Translations under genes and position numbers: made by a program
The notes under the pieces: model-generated
Told to the model about the DNA's origin: nothing
Database searches by the model: none
The model's input: only the letters and a program-made list of their open reading frames with translations
NCBI GenBank assembly: GCA_018902845.1
Contig: JAHIPV010000001.1
Span: 12,124 to 76,123 of the forward strand
Length of the DNA stretch: 64,000 nt
Direction: 5' to 3'
Origin: Patescibacteria group bacterium
GTDB lineage: Bacteria; Patescibacteriota; Microgenomatia; UBA12405
Part shown: piece by piece, positions 55,351 through 64,000 of the stretch
How positions within the stretch are numbered: position 1 is the stretch's first letter
How the letters are laid out: every line of letters begins with the position of its first letter

Positions 55351-57645
55351 ATGGACAAGCGATACGATCCCGGTTCCGAACAAAAAATTTACCGGCTTTG
55401 GGAAAAATCGGGCGCATTCACTCCCACGGTACCAAAAAACAAGGCAAGGCAAAGCCCTCCTTTTACCATAATCCTTCCCTTACCAAACGCCAGCGATCCA
55501 ATGCACATGGGTCATGCTATGTTTGTTATCCAAGATATACTTTGTCGTTGGCATCGCATGATGGGTGAGCCGGTTTTGTGGCTTCCGGGTGCAGACCATG
55601 CCGGTATCGAAACCCAATATATTTTTGAAAAAAGATTATCGGAAACAGGCAAATCCAGATTCGATTATGATAGAAAAACTCTTTATAAGCTGATTTGGGA
55701 TTATGTTGAAGAAAACCGAAAAATTAATCAGTTTCAGTTAAAGGAACTTGGTTTTTCTTTGGACTGGACTCGTTATCATTACAGTTTAGAACCAAACATT
55801 GTCAATCAAGTCTTAAAAACTTTTAGGAAACTTTACCAAGACGACTTGCTTTATAGGGCCGAAAGAATCGTTAATTATTGCACTCATTGCGGTACTGCTT
55901 TTTCCGATTTGGAAATTGACCACGTCGAAAGAGATGATTTTCTCTATTATCTTGATTACGGTCCTATAAAAATTGCCACCACTAGGCCCGAGACTATTTT
56001 TGTCGACGTAGCGGTGGCTGTCAATCCAAAAGACAAAAGATACAAAAACTTGATTGGCAAAAAAGCTATCATTCCCCTGATAAACAAAGAAATTCCCATT
56101 ATAGCCGATGATCTGGTTGAGATTGATTTTGGCACCGGTGCCCTAAAAATTACTCCGGCTCATGACTCTACCGATTTTGAAATCGGTCAAAAACACCAGC
56201 TACCAACTATTTCCTGCATAAAACTTTCGGGAAAGATGGTAAACACTATTCCTGAAATTGACGAACTCTATCCCTCCCAAGCCCGAAAAAAAACAATCGA
56301 AATGCTGGAAAAACAAGCCAAGCTAGTCAAAACCGAACCCTTGCATCACACCATTGGTATTTGTTATCGCTGTAAAAACGTTATAGAATCTTTACCGGTT
56401 CCTCAATGGTATGTAAAAACAAAACCCTTAGCCAAGCCGGCCATAGAGTCAGTCAAAAAGGGAGAAACCAAAATTTTTCCGCCAAGATTCAAAAAAACTT
56501 ATCTCGATTGGATGGAAAACATCCGAGATTGGAACATTAGCCGTCAAATTGTTTGGGGTCCACAAATTCCGGCCTATTATTGTCTTGATTGTAATCCGAC
56601 TATCCAGATCAATTTCATCGACAAAAAAGGAAAAATTATTTCCGGTTTATATCAGGATCTAAAAAATAAATATCAATTCCAGCAAATCAAAAAAGGCCTA
56701 CAAACCCTAAATGCTCCTATTACGGCGGATTATTTCTTAAAAAATTCAAAAAACATTTGTCCCAAATGCAAGGTTAGTCACGTTTTGCAAGAAACCGACA
56801 CCTTTGACACTTGGTTTTTATCCGGACAATGGCCCCTAACTACCTTAGGATTCAACGTCGACAATCCGGCCAACAGCTCGCCAGATTTTGACTATTTTTA
56901 CCCCACCAGTGTTTTAGACACTCTTTGGGATATTTTATTTTTTTGGGTTGGCAGAATGATGATTTTTGGTTTTTATTTAGCAAAAAAAACACCTTTCAAA
57001 ACCGTTCACCTGCACGCCAAAGTAACAGATGAAAAAGGTCAAAAAATGAGCAAGTCAAAAGGCAATGTTATTAATCCCAGTAGTACGGTTCAAAAATACG
57101 GCGCCGATGCTTTGCGTTTGGCCTTAGTTTATGGCACGGCTCCAGCTAGCAATATCTCTCTTTCAGACAAAAAAATCGAAGCTATGAGGAATTTTACTAA
57201 CAAAATTTGGAATGCTTCCCGTTTTGTCAAAATCATTATCAACCGCTTCAAAGAGCAAAACCCAAACTTAGAAATCAATCTGTCATTGCGAGGACTCCGA
57301 CTTCACGTCGGAGGACGTGGCAATCCCGATGATGATGAAATCCTGTCTAATCTAAACCAAATCATCAAATCAACTACTGCCAATCTAGAAAAATACCGTT
57401 TTGGTCAAGCCTCAGAAGACTTATATCAATTTTTTTGGCATCAATTTTGTGATGTTTACATAGAAAAAATCAAAGACAGAAAAGAAGATGTAATTCCAGT
57501 TTTGATGCATGTCCTAATAACCAGTCTCAAACTTCTTCATCCCTTTATTCCTTTTGTCACCGAAACTATTTATCAGGATTTCAAACAAGAATTTAGTTTA
57601 AAAAAGGATTTATTAATCACTTCTCTGTGGCCAAAAGCAAAATGA
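55351..57645 (+). CDS. valS: Valine--tRNA ligase (compact form) with an in-frame repeat insertion
   Basis: HMGHA (HIGH), PGADHAGIETQ and KMSKSKGNVI motifs. Segment EINLSLRGLRLHVGGRGNPDDDEIL is encoded by element 57280-57327. Confidence 0.8.
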   Translation: MDKRYDPGSEQKIYRLWEKSGAFTPTVPKNKARQSPPFTIILPLPNASDPMHMGHAMFVIQDILCRWHRMMGEPVLWLPGADHAGIETQYIFEKRLSETGKSRFDYDRKTLYKLIWDYVEENRKINQFQLKELGFSLDWTRYHYSLEPNIVNQVLKTFRKLYQDDLLYRAERIVNYCTHCGTAFSDLEIDHVERDDFLYYLDYGPIKIATTRPETIFVDVAVAVNPKDKRYKNLIGKKAIIPLINKEIPIIADDLVEIDFGTGALKITPAHDSTDFEIGQKHQLPTISCIKLSGKMVNTIPEIDELYPSQARKKTIEMLEKQAKLVKTEPLHHTIGICYRCKNVIESLPVPQWYVKTKPLAKPAIESVKKGETKIFPPRFKKTYLDWMENIRDWNISRQIVWGPQIPAYYCLDCNPTIQINFIDKKGKIISGLYQDLKNKYQFQQIKKGLQTLNAPITADYFLKNSKNICPKCKVSHVLQETDTFDTWFLSGQWPLTTLGFNVDNPANSSPDFDYFYPTSVLDTLWDILFFWVGRMMIFGFYLAKKTPFKTVHLHAKVTDEKGQKMSKSKGNVINPSSTVQKYGADALRLALVYGTAPASNISLSDKKIEAMRNFTNKIWNASRFVKIIINRFKEQNPNLEINLSLRGLRLHVGGRGNPDDDEILSNLNQIIKSTTANLEKYRFGQASEDLYQFFWHQFCDVYIEKIKDRKEDVIPVLMHVLITSLKLLHPFIPFVTETIYQDFKQEFSLKKDLLITSLWPKAK
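57280..57327. repeat. GC-rich palindromic element (family A) inside valS, in-frame
   Basis: tgtcattgcgaggactccgacttcacgtcggaggacgtggcaatcccg. Near-identical core to 9905-9975 and 17300-17345. Confidence 0.8.
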
Positions 57646-58100
57646 AATTTAAGTATTTTTTTTCAAAAAACACACCGCAAATAACCATACTGTTAATCAT
57701 CGGCGCATTTGTTGTTGTTTTGCTTCAAAATCAGCTTTTTAAAATCAATATCAAACTTTTTTCTCTTTCATCTGGAGACAGATACGTAAACAAGCTTGCC
57801 CTGTGGCGCTATTACGCCAGTAACGATCTTTGGGATCAAGCCCTTAACCTTGAATCTGCCATTGACCCTATTGATATAGTCAATCAAAAAAACAGCAACT
57901 ATCCGCCCATAATCAAACAAGAAATTAACAAGCTCATTTTCAAAAACGATAAGTCCGTCGATGATTTCATCGAAATAGCCAAGTTTTATTCCAAGTTAAA
58001 TCGTCCCGATGAAACAAAATACTATCTTCTAGAAGCAAAAAAAAACGACCCGATTAGAGATGATATTCAATCTCTCTTAAACAGTCTTAACTCAAATTAG
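57627..58100 (+). CDS. Hypothetical membrane-anchored protein
   Basis: 157 aa, N-terminal TM (ITILLIIGAFVVVLL). Overlaps the valS stop. Confidence 0.35.
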   Translation: MAKSKMKFKYFFSKNTPQITILLIIGAFVVVLLQNQLFKINIKLFSLSSGDRYVNKLALWRYYASNDLWDQALNLESAIDPIDIVNQKNSNYPPIIKQEINKLIFKNDKSVDDFIEIAKFYSKLNRPDETKYYLLEAKKNDPIRDDIQSLLNSLNSN

Positions 58101-58810
58101 TCTTTCTTTTCTTCTTTTTCCTCTTCTACCTCTTCTTCTCCCTCTTTCTTCTCGCCTTCCTCGCCTTCAGTCTCGGTGGGTTCACCTTTTACTGCCTCTT
58201 CAACCGCTTCAATTACTTCTTTCTTAGCTTCCTCAACTTTAACAATGGCTTGATCCTTACTGGTTTTTATCTCTACTTTTGAATCAGTGGTTGGCAAATC
58301 GGATACGGTCAAAACATCGCCAATTTCCTTCAATCCGGAAATATCAATTTCCATTTTTTCAGGTAAATCAGCCGGTAACGCCTCAACTTCAATCGAATCA
58401 GATATTGGCACCAATACGGCTCCCAATTTTACAGCCTCTGATTCACCAATAAGCACCACAGGTATCTCGGCTACAATCTTTTGGCTCAAATCAACTTTGT
58501 GTAAATCAATATGAATCAAGATATCACTGACTGGATGATATTGCGGATTTTTAAACAATACTGGAATATTCTCGTCTCCAAGTTTTAAGTCAAACAAACC
58601 CGCAGTTCCGATATCAGAAAACAATTTTTCTACATCTGTTTGTAAAAATTTAATAGATACTGACTCAAAACCTTTTCCATAAACACTGGCGGGCAGATAA
58701 CCATCTTTTCTTAATCGTTTTACTTTTCTTCCCAGAATCTTTCTAACTTCGGCTTTTAAACTTGGTCTTTTAATTGTCATTTTTTTTGTTAAGCAGTTAT
58801 GCATAAACAA
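58097..58810 (-). CDS. rplY: 50S ribosomal protein L25 (general stress protein Ctc form) with an acidic C-terminal tail
   Basis: RKILGRKVKRLRKDGYLPASVYGKG...IPVLFKNPQYHPVSDILIHIDLHKV. Poly-Glu C-terminus. Probable start at the internal Met MTIKRP (~58780). Confidence 0.75.
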   Translation of the reverse strand: MFMHNCLTKKMTIKRPSLKAEVRKILGRKVKRLRKDGYLPASVYGKGFESVSIKFLQTDVEKLFSDIGTAGLFDLKLGDENIPVLFKNPQYHPVSDILIHIDLHKVDLSQKIVAEIPVVLIGESEAVKLGAVLVPISDSIEVEALPADLPEKMEIDISGLKEIGDVLTVSDLPTTDSKVEIKTSKDQAIVKVEEAKKEVIEAVEEAVKGEPTETEGEEGEKKEGEEEVEEEKEEKKD

Positions 58811-58866
58811 TTAACTTATCTTGCATACTAACACAAAAACCACCACACAACAATAAACTTTTATTT

Positions 58867-59124
58867 TTAATACACTTCTTCGTGTTTTCCAATTCTTAAC
58901 AAAAAAATTTTCTTTCTCCAAAAATGAATAATGATTTTAATGGACATGTCAACAGAAACAGAATAATTTTTGGAACCGCTTAATTTATGTAATCTTAACG
59001 ATGGGTAATTCAAGTCATTTTTCATCAATTTCACACATTTATTTATCCTCTTATTATATTTTGGATTCTTTTTCAGTAGTTTTTTTAACTCTCTGTCGAA
59101 CTTTTCACTTACAAACAATTTCAT
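58867..59124 (-). CDS. RelE/ParE-family toxin
   Basis: 85 aa. LRLHKLSGSKNYSVSVDMSIKIIIHF...LLRIGKHEEVY matches the RelE/ParE fold pattern. Downstream of an RHH antitoxin gene. Confidence 0.55.
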   Translation of the reverse strand: MKLFVSEKFDRELKKLLKKNPKYNKRINKCVKLMKNDLNYPSLRLHKLSGSKNYSVSVDMSIKIIIHFWRKKIFLLRIGKHEEVY

Positions 59125-59136
59125 AAGTTCCTATTC

Positions 59137-59379
59137 TTATTTTAACGAATCAAAATATTCGTCAATATCCTTATCACTCTCTAAAATCTTGCCTTTTTTC
59201 AATTTATACTCGCTTTTAGCTTCTTTAGCCCAAACATCATACTTTGATTCTGACAACAACTTTCTCAAAGCAGTTCTGACCAAATCGCTAAATGAGGCAT
59301 AAAAACCCTCATTTACAAGGTCTTTTGCTTGTACTTGTAGTTGTAATGGCAAAGAAATGTTTACAGTATTCATATACAA
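59137..59379 (-). CDS. ParD/RHH-type antitoxin
   Basis: NISLPLQLQVQAKDLVNEGFYASFSDLVRTALRKLL (ParD/COG3609-like). Confidence 0.5.
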   Translation of the reverse strand: MYMNTVNISLPLQLQVQAKDLVNEGFYASFSDLVRTALRKLLSESKYDVWAKEAKSEYKLKKGKILESDKDIDEYFDSLK

Positions 59380-59527
59380 ACATTATACAACAATTATACA
59401 ACAAATCAACAACTTGGTGGTGCTCTTGCTAACCCAAAAGCGGGCTTGTCCACCATAGCTTTATGTGAAGGTGGAAGAATGTTTTAAGGTTATAAACCTT
59501 TTCCTTTTTTGTCGCTTTCGCCTTACT

Positions 59528-59572
59528 CGTCATCCTGAGCCTGTCGAAGGATCCCCTAGGAATTGAAAAACC
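59528..59572. repeat. GC-rich palindromic element (family A), intergenic upstream of trpS
   Basis: cgtcatcctgagcctgtcgaaggatcccctaggaattgaaaaacc. Compare 62207-62246 and 54580-54618. Confidence 0.75.
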
Positions 59573-59680
59573 GAAAAATAGTTATTTAAACTCATCAACC
59601 CGCGCTAGCGAGTTTTTTAGTACCCAAAGTCCCAAGCCCATCTGCCTAAACTTAAATGTTAAAATTTAAACAACAAAACT

Positions 59681-60715
59681 ATGAACAAATTAAACAATAA
59701 AAAAAAATCATCTATCTCGAATAAACCTCGTATTCTCACTGGCGACAGGCCTACCGGCCCCATGCACTTAGGCCATTACGTTGGCTCACTAAAAAATCGC
59801 GTCAAGTTACAAGATACTTACGACTGTTTTTTTATCATTGCTGATCTTCACATGTTAACCACTACTCTTAGTAAAGAAAAAACGTCAAAAATCAACCAGT
59901 TAAGCAGGGGATTAGTTCTTGATTATTTATCTGTTGGTATTGATCCGGAAAAATGTGTAATTTATCAGCAAAGCAAAGTTCCAGAAGTAGCCTATCTTTC
60001 CCTTCTTTTTTCTATGTTAGTCACAGTTCCCCGTTGTCAGCGTGTCCCCACTCTAAAAGATGTTATGCATGATTTGAAAATCAAAAAACCATCTCTTGGC
60101 CTTTTAACTTATCCGGTTTTGCAAGCCGCCGATATTCTTATGGTCAAAGGTAATCTGGTTCCGGTAGGCAAAGATCAAGAAAGCCATGTCGAAATCAGCA
60201 GAGAAATTGCCAAAGCTTTTAATAAAATGTATGGAGAAGTTTTTCCAGTCCCAAAAGCACTCATAGGCGATACCGGCACATTGATCGGCACCGATGGTCA
60301 AGCCAAAATGAGTAAATCAATCGGTAATTGTATTTATCTTTCCGACGATCAAGAAACTGTCAACCAAAAAGTCATGGGTATGTATACCGATCCTAACCGC
60401 ATTCACCCGACAGATCCAGGAAAGGCCATAGGCAATCCCGTTTTTATTTATCACGATGCTTTTAACACTAACAAAGGTGAAGTTGAGGATCTTAAAGATA
60501 GATACAAAAAAGGTAAAGTTGGCGATGTAGAAGTTAAGCAAAAATTAGCCAAGGCTATAAACAATTTTCTTGATCCAATCAGAAAAAAACGAGCCAAATA
60601 CGAAAGAAAAACAGATCTAATTAATCAGATTATCAAACAAGGTTCCCAAAAAGCCCGCCTGGAAGCACAACAAACCTTAAACCAAGTTCTCAAGACCATG
60701 GGAATTAAAAACTAA
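59681..60715 (+). CDS. trpS: Tryptophan--tRNA ligase
   Basis: [20 protein letters not shown] (HIGH region) and KMSKSIGN (KMSKS). ~340 aa class Ic. Confidence 0.85.
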   Translation: MNKLNNKKKSSISNKPRILTGDRPTGPMHLGHYVGSLKNRVKLQDTYDCFFIIADLHMLTTTLSKEKTSKINQLSRGLVLDYLSVGIDPEKCVIYQQSKVPEVAYLSLLFSMLVTVPRCQRVPTLKDVMHDLKIKKPSLGLLTYPVLQAADILMVKGNLVPVGKDQESHVEISREIAKAFNKMYGEVFPVPKALIGDTGTLIGTDGQAKMSKSIGNCIYLSDDQETVNQKVMGMYTDPNRIHPTDPGKAIGNPVFIYHDAFNTNKGEVEDLKDRYKKGKVGDVEVKQKLAKAINNFLDPIRKKRAKYERKTDLINQIIKQGSQKARLEAQQTLNQVLKTMGIKN

Positions 60716-60833
60716 ACACATCTAAACAGACACCAAGAAATAAATTATTTAGAGACAAGATATTAAATTTTTTGTTATATTTTTAACAAAGAAAGGTCAA
60801 TCACTGTAAGGTGATTGGCGTGAAAAAATTAAG

Positions 60834-61826
60834 ATGAACAAAAATAAGCAAAAATCTCAAATTATTATTTACCAAACTGATGATGGAAAAACCCGGGTTG
60901 AGGTTCGTCTTGAGCATCAAAACGTCTGGTTGACGCAAAAACTTATCGCAAAACTGTTTAAGACAACAGTGGCGAATATTAATATTCATCTTAAAAACAT
61001 TTTCAAAACAGGAGAACTTCAACAAAATTCAGTTATTAAGGATTTCTTAATAACTGCCTCGGACGGAAAAAAATACAAGACTAAGATGTACGGGATAGAA
61101 GTTATCGTAGCTATTGGCTATCGGGTTAATTCGAAGCGTGGCACACTTTTCCGCCAATGGGCAACAGATCGTTTAAAGGAATATATGGTTAAGGGATTTG
61201 CGATGGATGATGTACGTTTGAAGCAGGGCGGTCATAAATCACGCTTTTTTGAGGAATTATTGGAACGTATCCGAGATATTCGATCAAGCGAGAGAATGTT
61301 ATACCAAAAAGTGACAGATATCTATGCAACCGGTATTGACTATCACAAAAATGCTAAAGAAACAGAACTTTTTTTTAAGACGGTTCAAAATAAGATACAT
61401 TTCGCAGTCAGCGGGAAAACTGCTACAGAATTAATCACAGAGCGTGCCGATAACAAAAAACCACTGATGGGACTTACAAATTTTTCAGGTCTTCGCCCAA
61501 TTCAGCGTGATATTTACATCGCGAAAAACTACTTGAACAAAAATGAGCTGAAGATGCTCAATCGTATTGTTGATGCATATTTATCGTTTGCTGAGATTCA
61601 AGCCAAAACTGAACATGCCATGACCATGAAAGATTGGATAAATAAACTTAATGAGTATTTGACCCTTTTGGGGAAAGGTGTTCTAGAAAATGCGGGTACG
61701 GTGCGAGCAAAAGAAGCTGAAGAAAAAGCTAACAGGGAATATAAAATATATAAAAAAGAACAAAATAAGAATTATATTTCCGACTTTGATAGAGTTGCTA
61801 AAAAGTATCTACGTGCCAGTAAATAA
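60834..61826 (+). CDS. RhuM-family (virulence/prophage-associated) protein
   Basis: IIIYQTDDGKTRVEVRLEHQNVWLTQKLIAKLFKTTVANINIHLKNIF... is the characteristic RhuM N-terminal block. Confidence 0.6.
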   Translation: MNKNKQKSQIIIYQTDDGKTRVEVRLEHQNVWLTQKLIAKLFKTTVANINIHLKNIFKTGELQQNSVIKDFLITASDGKKYKTKMYGIEVIVAIGYRVNSKRGTLFRQWATDRLKEYMVKGFAMDDVRLKQGGHKSRFFEELLERIRDIRSSERMLYQKVTDIYATGIDYHKNAKETELFFKTVQNKIHFAVSGKTATELITERADNKKPLMGLTNFSGLRPIQRDIYIAKNYLNKNELKMLNRIVDAYLSFAEIQAKTEHAMTMKDWINKLNEYLTLLGKGVLENAGTVRAKEAEEKANREYKIYKKEQNKNYISDFDRVAKKYLRASK

Positions 61827-62148
61827 AATAAACCATAATTAATTAAAAAACCGATCAAAAACAAGAATTTAAAGAAAAGTTTAGTAAGGAAGTAATGAAA
61901 TCGGCGGTTGCTTTTGCTAATTCTGATGGAGGAATTATTTTAATTGGCACTACTGATAATAAAAAATATTTACTAAATAAGCACTCGTGCCAAACTCGTG
62001 CCAAAAATGCTAAAATAAATTATGAACCAATATAAAATCGGAGTTTAGGATTGCCACACTTTTCTCGCGATGACGGTGGAAATTTCCGGAGTGGATGTTT
62101 AACCCACTTTATTTTTTTGCTATATTTTTAACAAAATATTGCCTTCAT

Positions 62149-64000
62149 TCATTCCTGTTCTTCATCTCCAATCTCAATAAGTTCTCCAAAAACCCAACCT
62201 TCAACTTGCCCTGAGCCTGTCGAAGGATCAAGTTGGATTTTTACCCAGCCATCTTTTTCTTCTAAAGAAGGGAAACTTTGACCATCAGTCACCTTGGCTA
62301 AAACCTCTCCTTTCAAAGACGGCTCGCTTCTTACCACAACCCAACTTCCCTCATCGGCAGTAATCGTCGCCAGAGTTTCTCCGGCAACCGCGCCTTTGAC
62401 TTTTCCCTCTTCTTTTTCCGGAGTGTTGAAAGTATAGTAAGCATCATAAACATAGTTTTTGTTTTGGGACATGACTTCAAAATAATAAAGTTTTCCGGGT
62501 TCCAAATCTTTCAGCTCCATCCGGTGTTCCTTTACCCGTTTGTCGGATTGAATTTTTTTGCCGTATGAGGTGTTAAGACCGTAGTTAACCACTGAAGTAG
62601 CGTAGTGGTTGGTTCCCCAAACAACCATTGCTGAGGTTGAGTTAACCTCTTCTATTTTTACAAAAAGAATCTTGGTTGGTTCGTTGTCAAAGACAATGGC
62701 TATAAATGTGCTGGTGGCGATCCTTAAACGGGTGGCTAAATTCTGGGCTTCTTCCGAAGCCGGCTTGCGGATTGATTCTCTACCGGTTTGCCAGGCAGTT
62801 GCCAGCCTGGATGTTTGTTGGCTGATTGTTTTTACTCCTTCTCCAACATTAGAGGCTAAAGCCTTAACTCCGTCAGTCGTCTTGTTGATGGTATTTCCTA
62901 CTGTCCTATTAACAACCTCCGCTCCATTAGCCAGAGCTAAAAGTCCATCTCTAATTACCCCCGATGTTTTTTGGGTCAGATTAAAGTAGCCCCTGGCCAA
63001 AAACAGCTTTCGTTCTTCATTTTTTTGTTTTCTTGAGGCAAGGAACTGGTTGGTTGTTTTGCCAACCGCACCAGCCACAGCACTAACGCCATTCTTTATC
63101 TGATTGCCGACAAAAGCCAGTCCCTGGCCGATTTTTCCGGCTAAGAATTTAGCGCTATCAACTGTTTTCCACCAAAGATTGGCAATTCCGGTAAAAATTT
63201 TACCAATCGCTTCGGCAATTACGGATGGTTCTTGTAACTCTTCAGGGATAACAATACCCTGTTCTTTGATAACTTCTTCTATCTTTTCTCTGGGAATCCC
63301 TTCTTTTTCCAATTCTTCAATTACTTCTTCAACTTCAGGAATTTGAGCAATCTCTTCATAAGTTTTAATGGTTAAAGTAAAAGAAGAAGAACTACCTCCA
63401 TTACTTGCTTTATCTTTGCCGGTTAAAGTTATTCTGTAAACACCCAAAGGCAAGTCGGTTGTGGGCGTGTAGGAAAAGCTGGAATATTTATTACTGGTTT
63501 GTTTGCTGTTATCAGTGATTTTTGAACCATCACTACTCCAATAAAGTTCACTGATATTAACCGTCGCCAAAGTATGGAGGTTGTAAACTCCAAGATAATT
63601 TCTTTTTTCAAATTTAATTTCTACCTCTTTAGGTCCTGAAGCAACTTTCAAACCATCCCCTGTCAGCGAGTCGGTTGTTTTTCCATAAATAGTCGGTGTT
63701 TTATCAGTGGTAGCTAGGCTATCAGCAGAAGAAGTGTCATTTATTTGTGTTGCTTCAACGCTCGGCCCGTTTCTGTCAACAAACAAAGTTCTTGATTCTT
63801 CTTTCTCATTGCCGGCGTTATCCACCGCCTTGACTTTCCAATATCTTTTGCCCTCTTTTAATTTGCCATCATTATTTCCTGAATTGGAATCAGAACTCCA
63901 ATCGTTTGAAGATTTAGTGTAAACAGAAATATAATTGTTGGTGGTATCAGAATCACTAAAGTTTTCATAATGAATTAAATATTTACTGGTTTCATAATCG
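62149..64000 (-). CDS. Large secreted/surface protein with Ig-like/FN3-like repeats and a C-terminal SH3b domain; 5'-partial, with an in-frame repeat insertion
   Basis: Listed ORF starts with GTG at 63825, but the frame stays open to 64000 (...YWKVKAVDNAGNE..., typical of Ig-like surface repeats). C-terminal GWVKIQLDP...GWVFGELI SH3b-like. STGSGQVEG is encoded by element 62207-62246. Confidence 0.55.
   Translation of the reverse strand, partial: DYETSKYLIHYENFSDSDTTNNYISVYTKSSNDWSSDSNSGNNDGKLKEGKRYWKVKAVDNAGNEKEESRTLFVDRNGPSVEATQINDTSSADSLATTDKTPTIYGKTTDSLTGDGLKVASGPKEVEIKFEKRNYLGVYNLHTLATVNISELYWSSDGSKITDNSKQTSNKYSSFSYTPTTDLPLGVYRITLTGKDKASNGGSSSSFTLTIKTYEEIAQIPEVEEVIEELEKEGIPREKIEEVIKEQGIVIPEELQEPSVIAEAIGKIFTGIANLWWKTVDSAKFLAGKIGQGLAFVGNQIKNGVSAVAGAVGKTTNQFLASRKQKNEERKLFLARGYFNLTQKTSGVIRDGLLALANGAEVVNRTVGNTINKTTDGVKALASNVGEGVKTISQQTSRLATAWQTGRESIRKPASEEAQNLATRLRIATSTFIAIVFDNEPTKILFVKIEEVNSTSAMVVWGTNHYATSVVNYGLNTSYGKKIQSDKRVKEHRMELKDLEPGKLYYFEVMSQNKNYVYDAYYTFNTPEKEEGKVKGAVAGETLATITADEGSWVVVRSEPSLKGEVLAKVTDGQSFPSLEEKDGWVKIQLDPSTGSGQVEGWVFGELIEIGDEEQE
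62207..62246. repeat. GC-rich palindromic element (family A) inside the surface-protein gene, in-frame
   Basis: cttgccctgagcctgtcgaaggatcaagttggatttttac. Confidence 0.7.

Noticed and set aside
59390-59680. Possible T-box leader upstream of trpS
   Set aside because: A hairpin plus T-run (aaggttataaaccttttccttttttg) is present, but no recognisable T-box consensus (AAUUAGGGUGGNACCGCG) or specifier-loop UGG context. The region is largely occupied by a family-A repeat.
62609-63346. Plus-strand ORFs of 126 and 80 aa
   Set aside because: Antisense to the large surface-protein gene, with Ser/Thr/Ala-rich low-complexity translation.

Overview
AT-rich (~33% GC) window with compact, mostly leaderless genes, consistent with an ultrasmall Candidate Phyla Radiation (Patescibacteria/Microgenomates-like) bacterium. 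Called genes cover reduced central carbon metabolism: a mini pyruvate kinase, split transketolase, class II FBA, a PfkB kinase, an rpiB-pgk-gap-rpe-LOG operon and an archaeal-type TPI. The cell-envelope set includes two tandem class A PBPs, a GT2/GT39/GT39/WecA glycosylation cluster, uppS, SpoIID/LytB, VanW, tandem VirB2/TrbC-like pilins and a large SH3b surface protein. Translation/RNA genes are valS, trpS, rplY, smpB, tsaD, a TsaC-TsaE fusion, recF, rnhA, xth and tRNA-Cys(GCA). There is also a class-I-shaped tRNA with a GUA anticodon. The 16S rRNA gene (33152..35512) is interrupted near its 3' end by a ~720-nt intron encoding a LAGLIDADG homing endonuclease and has an AT-rich V2 expansion. 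Six or more toxin-antitoxin modules are present (AbiEi/AbiEii, two VapBC, DinJ-YafQ, MNT-HEPN, ParDE), along with phage-related remnants (DinD-like x2, RhuM). The most striking finding is a dispersed family of short GC-rich palindromic elements (core GTCATYCYGAGC...GGATCC / GTCATTGCGAGGA...GTGGCAATCCCG) that sits in intergenic DNA and also in-frame inside at least six protein-coding genes (valS, ygjP-like, comFC, nucleotidyltransferase, tsaC-tsaE, surface protein), in the manner of Rickettsia RPEs. A second AT-tailed element interrupts both t6A genes. Other notable points are an MNT-HEPN cassette flanked by an 18-bp target duplication, a candidate tmRNA next to smpB, and a 5S-like noncoding island.
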